Below, piece after piece: positions 48,163 to 57,793 of a stretch of DNA of 64,000 nucleotides (the stretch's first letter is position 1; each line of letters begins with the position of its first letter). The translations under genes were made by a program, and so were the position numbers. The stretch is taken from the NCBI GenBank assembly GCA_044225175.1, contig JBGAJA010000001.1, forward strand, positions 6,994-70,993, read 5' to 3'. The stretch is from Candidatus Omnitrophota bacterium. GTDB lineage: Bacteria > Omnitrophota > Gorgyraeia > Zapsychrales > Fredricksoniimonadaceae. Below the pieces are notes generated by a model, which worked only from the letters and a program-made list of their open reading frames with translations, was not told the origin of the DNA and did no database searches.

Positions 48163-51100
48163 ATGAAAACCCCATTAACTATATTTATTTTAGTGAGTTT
48201 TATTGTTACAGGAACTATAGGCCCTATACCTGTTTCTGCAGAGGTAGGGGCGTATAGCAATACGCCTTTACATTTGCCAAAGCCTGGGGTAATGGTCCAT
48301 TTGAGCCCACCAGCTAATCCAGCAATGCTCAAAGGGATCAAGGTTCATCCAGATAATCCGTTTCGGTTTGAATTCATAATGGATGCGGGTGATCCTGTAG
48401 GGGCACGGCATGCCGTGCCCCTACGTGATGATGCCAGCAGATTAATCAAATATTTCCTCGCCTCATTAACTATACCCGAGCATGACCTCTGGGTGAACCT
48501 AAGTCCCTATGAAAAGAACCGTATAGTTCCTGAGAGCTTTGGCCAGACCGAGATGGGCCGAGATCTATTAGCCCAAGACTACATGCTCAAACAGATCACC
48601 GCGAGTCTTATATATCCTGAAGATGAGATAGGAAAGAGATTCTGGAAGAGAATCTATGAAGAAGCAGCCAAGAAATATGGAACAACGAATATACCTGTGA
48701 GTACATTCAATAAGGTATGGATAGTTCCTGACAAAGCTGGGATTTATAAAACAAATGATACAGCTTTTGTTGTTCAAAGCCATCTTAAGGTCATGGTTGA
48801 AGAAGATTATGTATCGGCCAATAAGGATAATGCAGCAGGAGTAAAAGCAGATGGTAGCCCGAAAACTAATGCCATAGGATCTCAAATTATACGTGAAATT
48901 ATCATTCCTGAATTGACCAAAGAAGTTAATGAAAACCAGAATTTTGCAAATTTACGCCAAATTTATAATTCTCTGATCCTTGCGACATGGTTTAAGAAAC
49001 ATTTGAAGAACAGCGTTTTAAATAAAATTTATGTAAACAAGAACAAGGTCTTTGGGGTGAATGTCGAAAATAGAAATGCAAAGGAAGAGATTTTTGCCCA
49101 GTATTTAACGGCATTCAAAAAGGGAGTTTACAATTATATTAAAGAGGAGCCGGACGTTATAACACAGCAAAAGGTTCCGAGAAAATATTTTTCTGGTGGA
49201 GCTCAATTTGGACAGGTTCCTAATATTCTCACACAAGACCACCTTATTTCTGAGGTTCGCTGCAGTCAGGCCATGCTTGTTTCAGTGAATTTGCAAGCTA
49301 GGAACGATCCTGCAATGCCAACAAGCAAAGAATCATCTAAGATGGGCAAACCTTTGGAAAGCATAGAAATTCCTCATATTTTTTTGAAGCCAAACTCCCG
49401 AATACCTTTGCAAATAGCTAATATTCGACAGGGAGTTTTTTTAGATGATGTGGCTAAAGAGGAATTAACTTTGCAGGATGTATCTTTACTGCAAAGAAAA
49501 ATAGTGCGTCTTAATAATGCTCAAGATGGTCAAGTGATTAGAGATTTTCTTAGGGCTGAAGAAAATCGGGATTATGCATCTGGAAAAGAACCCAGAATGA
49601 TTATTAAACGTATTAAAGATCAGACGTATATTCTTCCATATTCCTCTTACCATAAAGGAGCTTCGCCAGTTCTACTTAAAGTTCTCTCGCAAATGAATAT
49701 TCCTTCCAACGCTCAAGGGCCAGTTTTTTTTACGGATGTGTCTTATATTATAAACCAGAACGATCATCAGAAGATAGATTCGCTTACAGGCCATTTTGCG
49801 GGGACACAAATCTATCTTTTAAAAGCTGATTTTCTTTCTCTGATTGATTCCATGAGTCCAGAATCTAAGTTAAGGGAAATTATTCTTCAGCTTGTTTTAG
49901 AAGAATTATTTGGACAAACATCTCAGAGATCTAAAACTGTTAATTTGGAGGATCAATGGGGAAGGTTTAAAAATTTACTTGATGAGAATAAATTAGATCC
50001 TATCAATTCGATTTGTTTCTTAACTGAAAGGCACTTTATTGCCCCAGAGTTTTTTTTACACGAGTTAGAACAATGGAACATCCAAACAGTAACTTTAGAT
50101 CAAAGAGATGCGATTAATACGATTCTTCGATTTATTATCAATAATGATCCCAATGTTGAGAATTTAACGAGAGCAACAAAATTCTTATACAAAATGGATT
50201 CTCAAGCTGTAATTTCTTTAGCGAATTTGGAGACTACGTCTTTGGCTTTGGAACAAGATAGTCTTAATCAAATGAGTGCAGACGAAAAGATTAAATTTAT
50301 CTTAGTATTAACTCAATTGACTCAAGGAGAACATAGGCTTCATTTATTAATGAAAGCTTACAAAATATTTAAAGAAGCCAGAAATCTTGAGCAGTGGAGC
50401 AGAAAACAACGCTTGAAAGATATCAGTCTTGGATTTGCTCAAATAGGCGCTTATCAACAGGCCATTGAAGTCACGCTTAATGAAAAAGATCAGGATTTCG
50501 AAGTATTGTTTAATATAGCGGAAATTCAATGGAAAGCAGGTGATTGGGAAGGCGCGAATAGAACATTTGAAAAAGCTTTAACAATAGTTCAAGCTTCAGA
50601 CAGAATGCAGGATAGATACATTAATTTAATTTTAAGAATGACTAAAATACAGGGAGTTTCTCATCCTCAAGAGGCCAAAAGAACATTACAGCAACTAACA
50701 AATACACCATTCAATACTTTAATGCAAGTGGCTGTTGTTTTTGCCCGGCTAGGGTTTGAATATGATGCCAAAAATATGTTTCTTAAACTTCGAAGAAATG
50801 CATTGAGTTCAAAAGAAGGTTTAACAAGGCAAGCAGATGCGCTTAAGAAAATAGCCAAGCAGCAAATGGAAATTGGCTATAGTCCTCAAGCTACCCTGGA
50901 AGAATTAAGAAGAATTATTCGTCAAAAGGAAATTGGTTCAGGTTTGAATTGGAGGGTCTTCACTCTTATTGAGATTGTTAAGACAGAAATTAAAGAAGGT
51001 TTTGATTATGAACAAGACTTAAAATTAGCGCAACATTTGGCCGGATTTATAGACAAAGTTGATAGCTTTGAAATAATGAAATCCTTTGCTCAAATTGAAA

Positions 51101-54100
51101 TCATGATAGGAAAAGACGCTAGAAGCTATCTTCAAAAAGCCCAGGAAAGCTTTCGTGATGTTGAGGATTATCAGAAAAGAAAACCTCTAAATGAAATTAT
51201 TAAAATCCAGTTAGATGGTGGTTATTTGACCGAAGCTATAGAAACAATGGGGCTCATTAGAGGTGGGGTGGAGGGAGACTTGTATTCTCGTCTTATCATT
51301 CTTCTTGCAGAATCTGGACAGTATGAAGAGGCATTACAGCGCACCGGTGGCGAAACATTTGAAAAGATTATTAGTATTTATAAAAATAAACCTGGAAATC
51401 GTGCTGAAAAAGCCAGGATTAAAAGATTGTTGAACAATCTCAAAGAACTACGTGAAGAGAAGGAGACAAAAGAGAAAATAAGATATTGGAGCAAAATTGC
51501 AATGTGTCAAATAGACTTAGGGTTTAAGAAAGACGCTCAAGAGACTATCTCACAAGTTAAAGTTCTCATTGGGAAATTAGAAACACATGACAATATTGAT
51601 CGACCGGGTTATTGGCTATGGATGGCAGAACTGGAAATGAAAGCAGGAATCAAGGTTGATTTGAAAATTTTAACGAAAGAAGTGCTTTCTCTTACAAATA
51701 AGAAATATTATGAGAATTTTTCCTCAAAAACAGATGCATTATTGAGTTTAGCGAGAATTCTTCAAAAGAATAAGATGGATTCTACTGAGATTCTTAGAGA
51801 ATTTATTAACATCTGTGAAGAAGAGAGAAGTGACTCGGAAAATGAAGGGTATTATGAAGTTATTGATGCGTTAATTGAGTTGGGTCAATTTCAACGTGAA
51901 TTTGATTATGATGCGTCTAAAACGTACAGAACTGCCTATGGGCTCATTGATGGATCCTATTATGAAGATACCTCAAATGAAAGTAATTATTCTGAAGACA
52001 AAAATACTGACTTTAATAATGTAATGAAAGCCCAAATTAAAGCCGGTTATTTTAAAGATGCACTCACAACGATTGAGAGTCTTGAATATAACGATAAGAT
52101 TGCTGGTTATTTGAACATGTATAACACAGCTAAAAAATCTAATAAGCTTGATATCCAAAATCATGCCTTTAATCAACTATCCATTCAAGGTCAAAATTTT
52201 TCCTTTGGCGATATAACAGATGCCTCAACCGCAATTTTTTCACTTCCACGCATTCGATTTCTTGTTAAAGCTTATTTAGATGGGCAGATTAAGCTTGATC
52301 TTAAGAGTGTTCTCAATTTAATGAGAATTCTTGAAAGCGATTTGTTTTCTTTCGAAGATGGTATTATGGAACGGCGAGCTACTTTATTGCAGTTGACAGA
52401 GAGGGCTCTAAAGGAGAGGTATGGGAATATTCCTGAAATTGAAAATATTTTACGACGATTTTTTTCTAAGATAGAGCGCGACCAGGAAAGGTTTTCTAAA
52501 TCAGCTAATGACCCTAAAGCCCTTGAAGAATTAGGCAGGGAGCTAAGAAATCGGAATTTATCGTTGATTAATACTGTCAATTTAATTGAGCTCTACCACA
52601 TGTATTATCCGAAAATGTCTTACTTCTTGATTTGGCTTTTGACACAAGATGTGCATGTAAGACCCGTTGCAAATCTAAGATACGTTATTATGCAAGCATC
52701 CAGCCAAAAAGTATCTTATAAGCCGCTTCTTTTGTATCTATTACAAGCCCCTTATATTAGCCAGCGAGAGGAACGAGAGAAAGATTATACGAAACGCTGG
52801 CAGCTTTTGAAGAAATATAAAACATTGATGTCTCTTATTTCTCGTCTTGAGATAGAGCAATCTGTTGTCAGTGATATTATGAAGGATTTCTCAAGTGATT
52901 TTGATTTTACACGAACAGAGGAGTTTTTTAAAATAGGCATAAAGAAAGTTTTAGAGCAATATTTAGAAAAACCCCTAGATGACCTTCAAGAAATTAAGAA
53001 TGTGGATGAATTAGTGAATATATTAATTTATATGAAAAATATGTCTGGCGAAGATGATGATGGAGAGGATGAGGAGGGTAATCAAGGTGTATTAAAAGAA
53101 ATTATACATAAATATTTGACTTCTGGTTCAAAGGCGGCCTGGGATTATATAAAAACATTAGGAGGCAATGAAGATTATAAAGATGAAAAGAACTTTCTGG
53201 AAGGTCCAGGGGCCATGAAATTTGTTGTTAAGGAAGTAGAAGATGTAGAACAATTTATTCGTAGTAGAAAACAAATGCTTTATGAAGATATTAAGCGTCA
53301 TATGGAGTGGTTAAAGAATGATTACAGTAAAGATAAGAAGGTTGTAGATGCCATTGAGAAATTATCGATTCAATTCGGTGAGAATGTTGATGAGGATATT
53401 TTGAAAATCAAAACAATCCTTGCGGAGCTCAAAGCTAAAGAGCTGGGAAAGGGGGGTATTCAAAAGAGCAACAGCCATGCGAAAGACATGGAAGAGCGTA
53501 TTTTTAATATTCAGAATTTAAAAGCGCAAACTTTAAGGAATGTCACTGATGAAATCACAATTGATATTAGCCAAGATCCTATTGAAACTTTGCATTTAGG
53601 AGTTGGTTTTCCAAGTTGTTTAGACTGTATAGATGGAGAATACAAAGTCCATGCCTTTGAAAATCTTGTGGATTTAAATAAACGAGTGATTTATGTGAAA
53701 GATAGCCAAGGCAGACGCATTGGTCGTGTAGTTCTTGCTCTTGCAAAAGAAGGGGAAAAGAAAATTATTTTACCGATATCTATATTCTATACAAATACGA
53801 CGTTCGATTTAAATGGCCACATGTTGAGCTTTTTAAAAGCATACAGCCGCCATACGGGATATAATTTATTAATAACGAATAATATTATTTCTGGCTTACA
53901 AGGCCCTAAGCAGGAAGCGAACATTAAATTAGAAGAAGCGGTTGCAAGAACTATTTATTCTGATTTTGGTTTTGAAGTAGGAGAAGGAAGAATAAATGAG
54001 AGTGTCTGGCGTTATACCCCAGATGGGGCGATGAGTGTAGCTCAAAAACAAGAAGTTGGTGGTATTGATTTAAATCCTACAGCCATAACTATGCTTGAAA

Positions 54101-54258
54101 GCGGACAGGATATTCAGATGAAAATTCCTGCTGATTTGAAAAATTTAGAAACTCTGCAATTTGATGGCTTTATTCCTGTCATTATTAATATCACTCCCAT
54201 TGTAAACTTGCCTCTTTTTTTAGGATCAAATCAAGCCCAAGAAGTCGTTACTCATTAG
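48163..54258 (+). CDS. Large modular secreted protein: signal peptide, conserved N-terminal chassis domain, TPR-like solenoid cargo, SCLDC-motif domain, conserved GGIDL C-terminal domain
   Basis: 2031-aa ORF; N-terminal domain 48274-49200 is homologous to the 30870 and 58422 genes; helical repeats; GGIDL at 54058. Confidence 0.9.
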   Translation: MKTPLTIFILVSFIVTGTIGPIPVSAEVGAYSNTPLHLPKPGVMVHLSPPANPAMLKGIKVHPDNPFRFEFIMDAGDPVGARHAVPLRDDASRLIKYFLASLTIPEHDLWVNLSPYEKNRIVPESFGQTEMGRDLLAQDYMLKQITASLIYPEDEIGKRFWKRIYEEAAKKYGTTNIPVSTFNKVWIVPDKAGIYKTNDTAFVVQSHLKVMVEEDYVSANKDNAAGVKADGSPKTNAIGSQIIREIIIPELTKEVNENQNFANLRQIYNSLILATWFKKHLKNSVLNKIYVNKNKVFGVNVENRNAKEEIFAQYLTAFKKGVYNYIKEEPDVITQQKVPRKYFSGGAQFGQVPNILTQDHLISEVRCSQAMLVSVNLQARNDPAMPTSKESSKMGKPLESIEIPHIFLKPNSRIPLQIANIRQGVFLDDVAKEELTLQDVSLLQRKIVRLNNAQDGQVIRDFLRAEENRDYASGKEPRMIIKRIKDQTYILPYSSYHKGASPVLLKVLSQMNIPSNAQGPVFFTDVSYIINQNDHQKIDSLTGHFAGTQIYLLKADFLSLIDSMSPESKLREIILQLVLEELFGQTSQRSKTVNLEDQWGRFKNLLDENKLDPINSICFLTERHFIAPEFFLHELEQWNIQTVTLDQRDAINTILRFIINNDPNVENLTRATKFLYKMDSQAVISLANLETTSLALEQDSLNQMSADEKIKFILVLTQLTQGEHRLHLLMKAYKIFKEARNLEQWSRKQRLKDISLGFAQIGAYQQAIEVTLNEKDQDFEVLFNIAEIQWKAGDWEGANRTFEKALTIVQASDRMQDRYINLILRMTKIQGVSHPQEAKRTLQQLTNTPFNTLMQVAVVFARLGFEYDAKNMFLKLRRNALSSKEGLTRQADALKKIAKQQMEIGYSPQATLEELRRIIRQKEIGSGLNWRVFTLIEIVKTEIKEGFDYEQDLKLAQHLAGFIDKVDSFEIMKSFAQIEIMIGKDARSYLQKAQESFRDVEDYQKRKPLNEIIKIQLDGGYLTEAIETMGLIRGGVEGDLYSRLIILLAESGQYEEALQRTGGETFEKIISIYKNKPGNRAEKARIKRLLNNLKELREEKETKEKIRYWSKIAMCQIDLGFKKDAQETISQVKVLIGKLETHDNIDRPGYWLWMAELEMKAGIKVDLKILTKEVLSLTNKKYYENFSSKTDALLSLARILQKNKMDSTEILREFINICEEERSDSENEGYYEVIDALIELGQFQREFDYDASKTYRTAYGLIDGSYYEDTSNESNYSEDKNTDFNNVMKAQIKAGYFKDALTTIESLEYNDKIAGYLNMYNTAKKSNKLDIQNHAFNQLSIQGQNFSFGDITDASTAIFSLPRIRFLVKAYLDGQIKLDLKSVLNLMRILESDLFSFEDGIMERRATLLQLTERALKERYGNIPEIENILRRFFSKIERDQERFSKSANDPKALEELGRELRNRNLSLINTVNLIELYHMYYPKMSYFLIWLLTQDVHVRPVANLRYVIMQASSQKVSYKPLLLYLLQAPYISQREEREKDYTKRWQLLKKYKTLMSLISRLEIEQSVVSDIMKDFSSDFDFTRTEEFFKIGIKKVLEQYLEKPLDDLQEIKNVDELVNILIYMKNMSGEDDDGEDEEGNQGVLKEIIHKYLTSGSKAAWDYIKTLGGNEDYKDEKNFLEGPGAMKFVVKEVEDVEQFIRSRKQMLYEDIKRHMEWLKNDYSKDKKVVDAIEKLSIQFGENVDEDILKIKTILAELKAKELGKGGIQKSNSHAKDMEERIFNIQNLKAQTLRNVTDEITIDISQDPIETLHLGVGFPSCLDCIDGEYKVHAFENLVDLNKRVIYVKDSQGRRIGRVVLALAKEGEKKIILPISIFYTNTTFDLNGHMLSFLKAYSRHTGYNLLITNNIISGLQGPKQEANIKLEEAVARTIYSDFGFEVGEGRINESVWRYTPDGAMSVAQKQEVGGIDLNPTAITMLESGQDIQMKIPADLKNLETLQFDGFIPVIINITPIVNLPLFLGSNQAQEVVTH
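48244..48271. repeat. GTAG-type palindrome in frame just after the signal peptide
   Basis: GTAGGGGCGTAT-agca-ATACGCCTTTAC (2 mismatches) encoding VGAYSNTPL. Confidence 0.7.
48397..48424. repeat. GTAG-type palindrome in frame in the chassis domain
   Basis: Perfect 28-bp palindrome GTAGGGGCACGGCATGCCGTGCCCCTAC encoding VGARHAVPL. Confidence 0.85.
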
Positions 54259-54342
54259 TAATCAAGATTTAAGAATTTTCTCGATATCTTGTTGCATGCA
54301 AAGCATAGACAAAGGATAATGTCTTCAAACCAGGAGGAAGAC

Positions 54343-56460
54343 ATGCCCATTATCTATAAAGAAGAAAACAATATTGCTTTTATTACCTTCGACCAAGCTG
54401 ATTCAAAAGTTAACGTCCTCGACTCAAAGACCCTCATTGAATTTGAACACATTTTAGATCAATTTAAAAATACTAGCGCCTTAAAGGCTATTGTTATCCA
54501 AAGTGCCAAAAAAGATATTTTTATTGCTGGTGCTGACATTAAAGAAATTGAAAACATTACAGATTTTGCTTTGGGTAAAACAGCAGCCCAGGCAGGTCAG
54601 CGTATATTTAATAAGCTAGAAGATTTACCAACGCCAACCATTGCTCTTATCGATGGAGCTGCTTTGGGTGGTGGATGTGAACTCGCTTTAGCATGCCGCT
54701 ACCGCATTGCTACATTCAGCGATAAGGTCCGTATTGGTTTACCAGAAGTGAATCTTGGATTTGTGCCAGGATTTGGAGGAACATATCGTCTTCCTCGTCT
54801 TGTAGGTTTGCAAGGGGCCTTGAAAATTATTTTGGCAGGATCTTCCGTTGATGGAAAAACAGCGCTTCGTATGGGGTTAGTGGATCGCATTTATCCACAA
54901 GCAGGATTATCTCAGCGAGTTGTGGAATTTGTTCAAGAAATCACGGCCAAGCCCAAGAGAAGAAAATATCCAACCAATGTTCCAGTAGGCTTTAATGCCT
55001 TTTTGGATAATAATCCAATAGGGCGGGCGATTGTTTATAATCAATCTGCAAAGGGAGTTTTGAAAGCAACCAAAGGCTTTTATCCAGCTCCAATGAAAGC
55101 GCTTGAAGTGATTAAACAAACCATCTCCATGTCTCGTCCTCAGGCTCTTGATATTGAATCGTCTGCTTTTGCTGAGTTGGCTATTGGGACAATTTCTAAG
55201 AATCTTGTCAAAGTGTTCTATTTGTCCGAGAAATTTAAGAAACTTTCTGTTCCTGGAGCTGAAAATATCAAACCTATGCCTATTGCTAAAGGGGCGACTA
55301 TAGGAGCAGGTATTATGGGAGGGGGTATTGCTCAGCTTCTGAGTAATCGGGGCGTATGGGTGAGGCTTAAGGACATTAATCATGATGCTATTGCTAAAGG
55401 TTTGAAGGCTGCTTCTGATGTGTATATGCAGGCTGTTAAACGCAAACGCATGAAACCCTCTGATATGGCTAATAAAATGGGAATGATTTCTGGAACTTTG
55501 GATTTTAGCGGTGTTTCTAATGCGGATATTGTGATAGAGGCTGTTGTGGAAAACATGGATGTTAAAAAGAAGGTATTTACTGAAGTGAGTAATAATGTAC
55601 CTGCTAACACCATTTTAGCGTCGAATACTTCCTCATTATCTGTGACCGAAATGGGCTCTGTTGTCAAAGACCCTTCTAAGGTGATTGGATTTCATTTCTT
55701 TAATCCGGTTCATCGTATGCCATTGATTGAAATCGTGACGACTCCTAAGACTTCTCAAGAGACTCTTGTATCCACCCTAGAATTTGCAAAACGTTTAGGG
55801 AAGACGCCAATTATCGTCAAAGATGCCCCAGGATTCTTAGTGAATAGGATTTTATTAGCTTATATTAATGAATCAGGTCGATTGCTTGAACAAGGGGGCT
55901 CTATTGTACATTTGGATAAGATTGCAACAGATTTTGGCATGCCCATGGGGCCATTTCTTCTTTCCGATGAAGTAGGGCTGGATGTAGGGGTTAAAGTACT
56001 TCACATTCTTGAAGCTGGTCTTGGGCCTCGATTCAAATCTGGTTCTTTGTTCGATGAAGTATTGGCTTTAAAATTGTTGGGGAAAAAATCTGGTAAAGGT
56101 TTTTATATTCATGGAAAAGAACGTGAAGTAAATGCTCAGGTGCAAGCCATGGTCAAGGGAGGCAATCCTGCTTCTGATGAAGAAGCTTTAATGCGTATGA
56201 CATATATCATGATCAATGAAGCAGCTCTTATTTTGCAAGAAGGGATCGTGGATGGAGCCGATACGGTCGATATTGGTATGATTATGGGTACAGGCTTTCC
56301 ACCGTTTCGAGGAGGGCTTTTACGTTATGCGGATTCGATAGGGATTGATAAGCTGGTTTCTGATCTCCAGAGCCTAGAAAGTAAATTCAAAGATGGGCGT
56401 TTCAAACCTGCGGATTATATTTTGAATCTTAAGTCTAAGGGAAAGAAATTCCATAGTTAA
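54343..56460 (+). CDS. fadJ: Fatty-acid oxidation complex alpha subunit (enoyl-CoA hydratase / 3-hydroxyacyl-CoA dehydrogenase, FadJ/FadB family)
   Basis: FIAGADI, LGGGCELALAC, GLPEVNLG, GAGIMGGGIA, ASNTSSL, HFFNPV, PGFLVNR; RBS GGAGGA before ATG 54343. Confidence 0.9.
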   Translation: MPIIYKEENNIAFITFDQADSKVNVLDSKTLIEFEHILDQFKNTSALKAIVIQSAKKDIFIAGADIKEIENITDFALGKTAAQAGQRIFNKLEDLPTPTIALIDGAALGGGCELALACRYRIATFSDKVRIGLPEVNLGFVPGFGGTYRLPRLVGLQGALKIILAGSSVDGKTALRMGLVDRIYPQAGLSQRVVEFVQEITAKPKRRKYPTNVPVGFNAFLDNNPIGRAIVYNQSAKGVLKATKGFYPAPMKALEVIKQTISMSRPQALDIESSAFAELAIGTISKNLVKVFYLSEKFKKLSVPGAENIKPMPIAKGATIGAGIMGGGIAQLLSNRGVWVRLKDINHDAIAKGLKAASDVYMQAVKRKRMKPSDMANKMGMISGTLDFSGVSNADIVIEAVVENMDVKKKVFTEVSNNVPANTILASNTSSLSVTEMGSVVKDPSKVIGFHFFNPVHRMPLIEIVTTPKTSQETLVSTLEFAKRLGKTPIIVKDAPGFLVNRILLAYINESGRLLEQGGSIVHLDKIATDFGMPMGPFLLSDEVGLDVGVKVLHILEAGLGPRFKSGSLFDEVLALKLLGKKSGKGFYIHGKEREVNAQVQAMVKGGNPASDEEALMRMTYIMINEAALILQEGIVDGADTVDIGMIMGTGFPPFRGGLLRYADSIGIDKLVSDLQSLESKFKDGRFKPADYILNLKSKGKKFHS

Positions 56461-56466
56461 GTTAAT

Positions 56467-57021
56467 ATGAAACAAGAAACAAAGAAAAAGATTTTGATGT
56501 CACTTTTGGTTTTATTAGCTCTTGTTTTTGCAGCTGGAGTGGGCTGGCTCATTTATTATATGAGCCAGGTTAAGGAGTATAAGGACAGTGAGCATAAATT
56601 CTCAATAGTGTACCCTTCCAAATGGGAGAAGAATGAGCGATATTTGGGAACGGCGGTTGCCTTTGTCCGTCCCAAACAAACAGCCCTTGATGTGTTTTCT
56701 CCTAATGTAAATATCTCTGTTCAAGATGTCCCTGATGAAATTGCGACCCTTAAAAGTTTCTCTGAAACAATCACTAAACAAATGACTACTGTCTTTCAGA
56801 AAAATATCACTATTGTCAAAGACCAAGACATGGATTTTGGCGGCAGGAAAGGGCATATATTAGTCGTGAATGCGCCCCAGCCGCAGAATCTAAAATCCAT
56901 CTTTGTATGGACTATTAAAGGCTCAAAAGGCTATATTTTTACGTTCATGTCCCGGATTGATCAATACAAGGAAGTCGAACCTTTGGTCGATCGAATGATA
57001 CATTCCTTCAAGCTACAATAA
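56467..57021 (+). CDS. Membrane-anchored PsbP/DcrB-like protein
   Basis: N-terminal TM, FSIVYPSKW, NVNI, C-terminal MIHSFK pattern. Confidence 0.65.
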   Translation: MKQETKKKILMSLLVLLALVFAAGVGWLIYYMSQVKEYKDSEHKFSIVYPSKWEKNERYLGTAVAFVRPKQTALDVFSPNVNISVQDVPDEIATLKSFSETITKQMTTVFQKNITIVKDQDMDFGGRKGHILVVNAPQPQNLKSIFVWTIKGSKGYIFTFMSRIDQYKEVEPLVDRMIHSFKLQ

Positions 57022-57049
57022 CCTTCTGAACCTGCGAGGTTCCAGAAGG
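57022..57049. terminator. Hairpin between convergent genes (bidirectional terminator or REP-like)
   Basis: CCTTCTG AACCT-gcg-AGGTT c CAGAAGG. Confidence 0.5.
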
Positions 57050-57051
57050 CG

Positions 57052-57696
57052 TTATCCCATCCGTTCGTTCAAGAATTCTTCCAGGGAAGAGCATTGCAGG
57101 TAATAATTGGTTTGTTTTTGATGGCCTATGGTATCGGTCGGGGTAGGGCCATAGTTATGGCCTGGCCAGATTGTAGTCTCATTGGGAAGCTTCATTAAGA
57201 TATTATAAAGGCTGTTGTACATGACTTTGGCGTCCCCACCAGGCAAATCGCAGCGTCCGCATCCGTCGATAAAAAGGGCATCCCCGCTTAGTAATTGCCC
57301 TTGAGATAGAAAGCACTGACACCCTGGGGTGTGCCCAGGGGTATGAATGGTATTAAAGGTAATTGATCCAAGGGTAAGGGTCTCTTTGTCAGAGACTGGA
57401 TTTAAGTTTCTTAGATTTCGAGTCAAAAATGGCGCTTCGTGTTTAGATATATACACAGGAACATCGTGATGCCGCAGAAGTTCTTCTAAACCGTTCACAT
57501 GGTCAGGGTGGGCATGGGTTAGAAAGACTTTGGTGATTTTATAGCCCATATTTTTGGACTGCTGTATTAAGAATGGCACATCCCAGGCGGGATCAACAAT
57601 GGCCATTTCTTTGGTTTGTGGATCTCCAAGAAGATAGAGAAAATTATTTAGAGGTCCGATTTCGTATTGTTTAATGACCAGTGAGTTGCTTGACAT
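57052..57696 (-). CDS. MBL-fold metallo-hydrolase (glyoxalase II-like)
   Basis: THAHPDH, HTPGHTPG, GDALF...GRCDLPGGD, PGH. Confidence 0.92.
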   Translation of the reverse strand: MSSNSLVIKQYEIGPLNNFLYLLGDPQTKEMAIVDPAWDVPFLIQQSKNMGYKITKVFLTHAHPDHVNGLEELLRHHDVPVYISKHEAPFLTRNLRNLNPVSDKETLTLGSITFNTIHTPGHTPGCQCFLSQGQLLSGDALFIDGCGRCDLPGGDAKVMYNSLYNILMKLPNETTIWPGHNYGPTPTDTIGHQKQTNYYLQCSSLEEFLNERMG

Positions 57697-57717
57697 AGGT
57701 ATGTATCCTTTTATAAT
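57690..57717 (+). promoter_or_regulatory. Sigma70-type promoter for the redoxin gene, overlapping the divergent start codon
   Basis: TTGACA-16 nt-TATAAT. Confidence 0.65.
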
Positions 57718-57726
57718 GACAACGTT

Positions 57727-57757
57727 TCAGCTGGAGGCTGATCCGCCTTTGGCGGAT
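57727..57757. repeat. Third copy of the GGCTG(A/G)TCCGCCTTTGGCGGA element (intergenic)
   Basis: TCAGC-tggag-GCTGA overlapping ATCCGCC-ttt-GGCGGAT. Confidence 0.75.
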
Positions 57758-57793
57758 TTCATAAATAATATAGGAAATTTCGGAGGTAATCAA

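Noticed and set aside
54259-54342. Immunity genes downstream of the chassis genes, as in classical polymorphic toxin loci
   Set aside because: The downstream neighbours are recognisable housekeeping genes (fadJ, lpxB, fur) or a GNAT with no evident link.
57674-57793. N-terminal extension of the redoxin ORF
   Set aside because: It spans a promoter and a palindromic repeat; a strong RBS supports the start at 57794.
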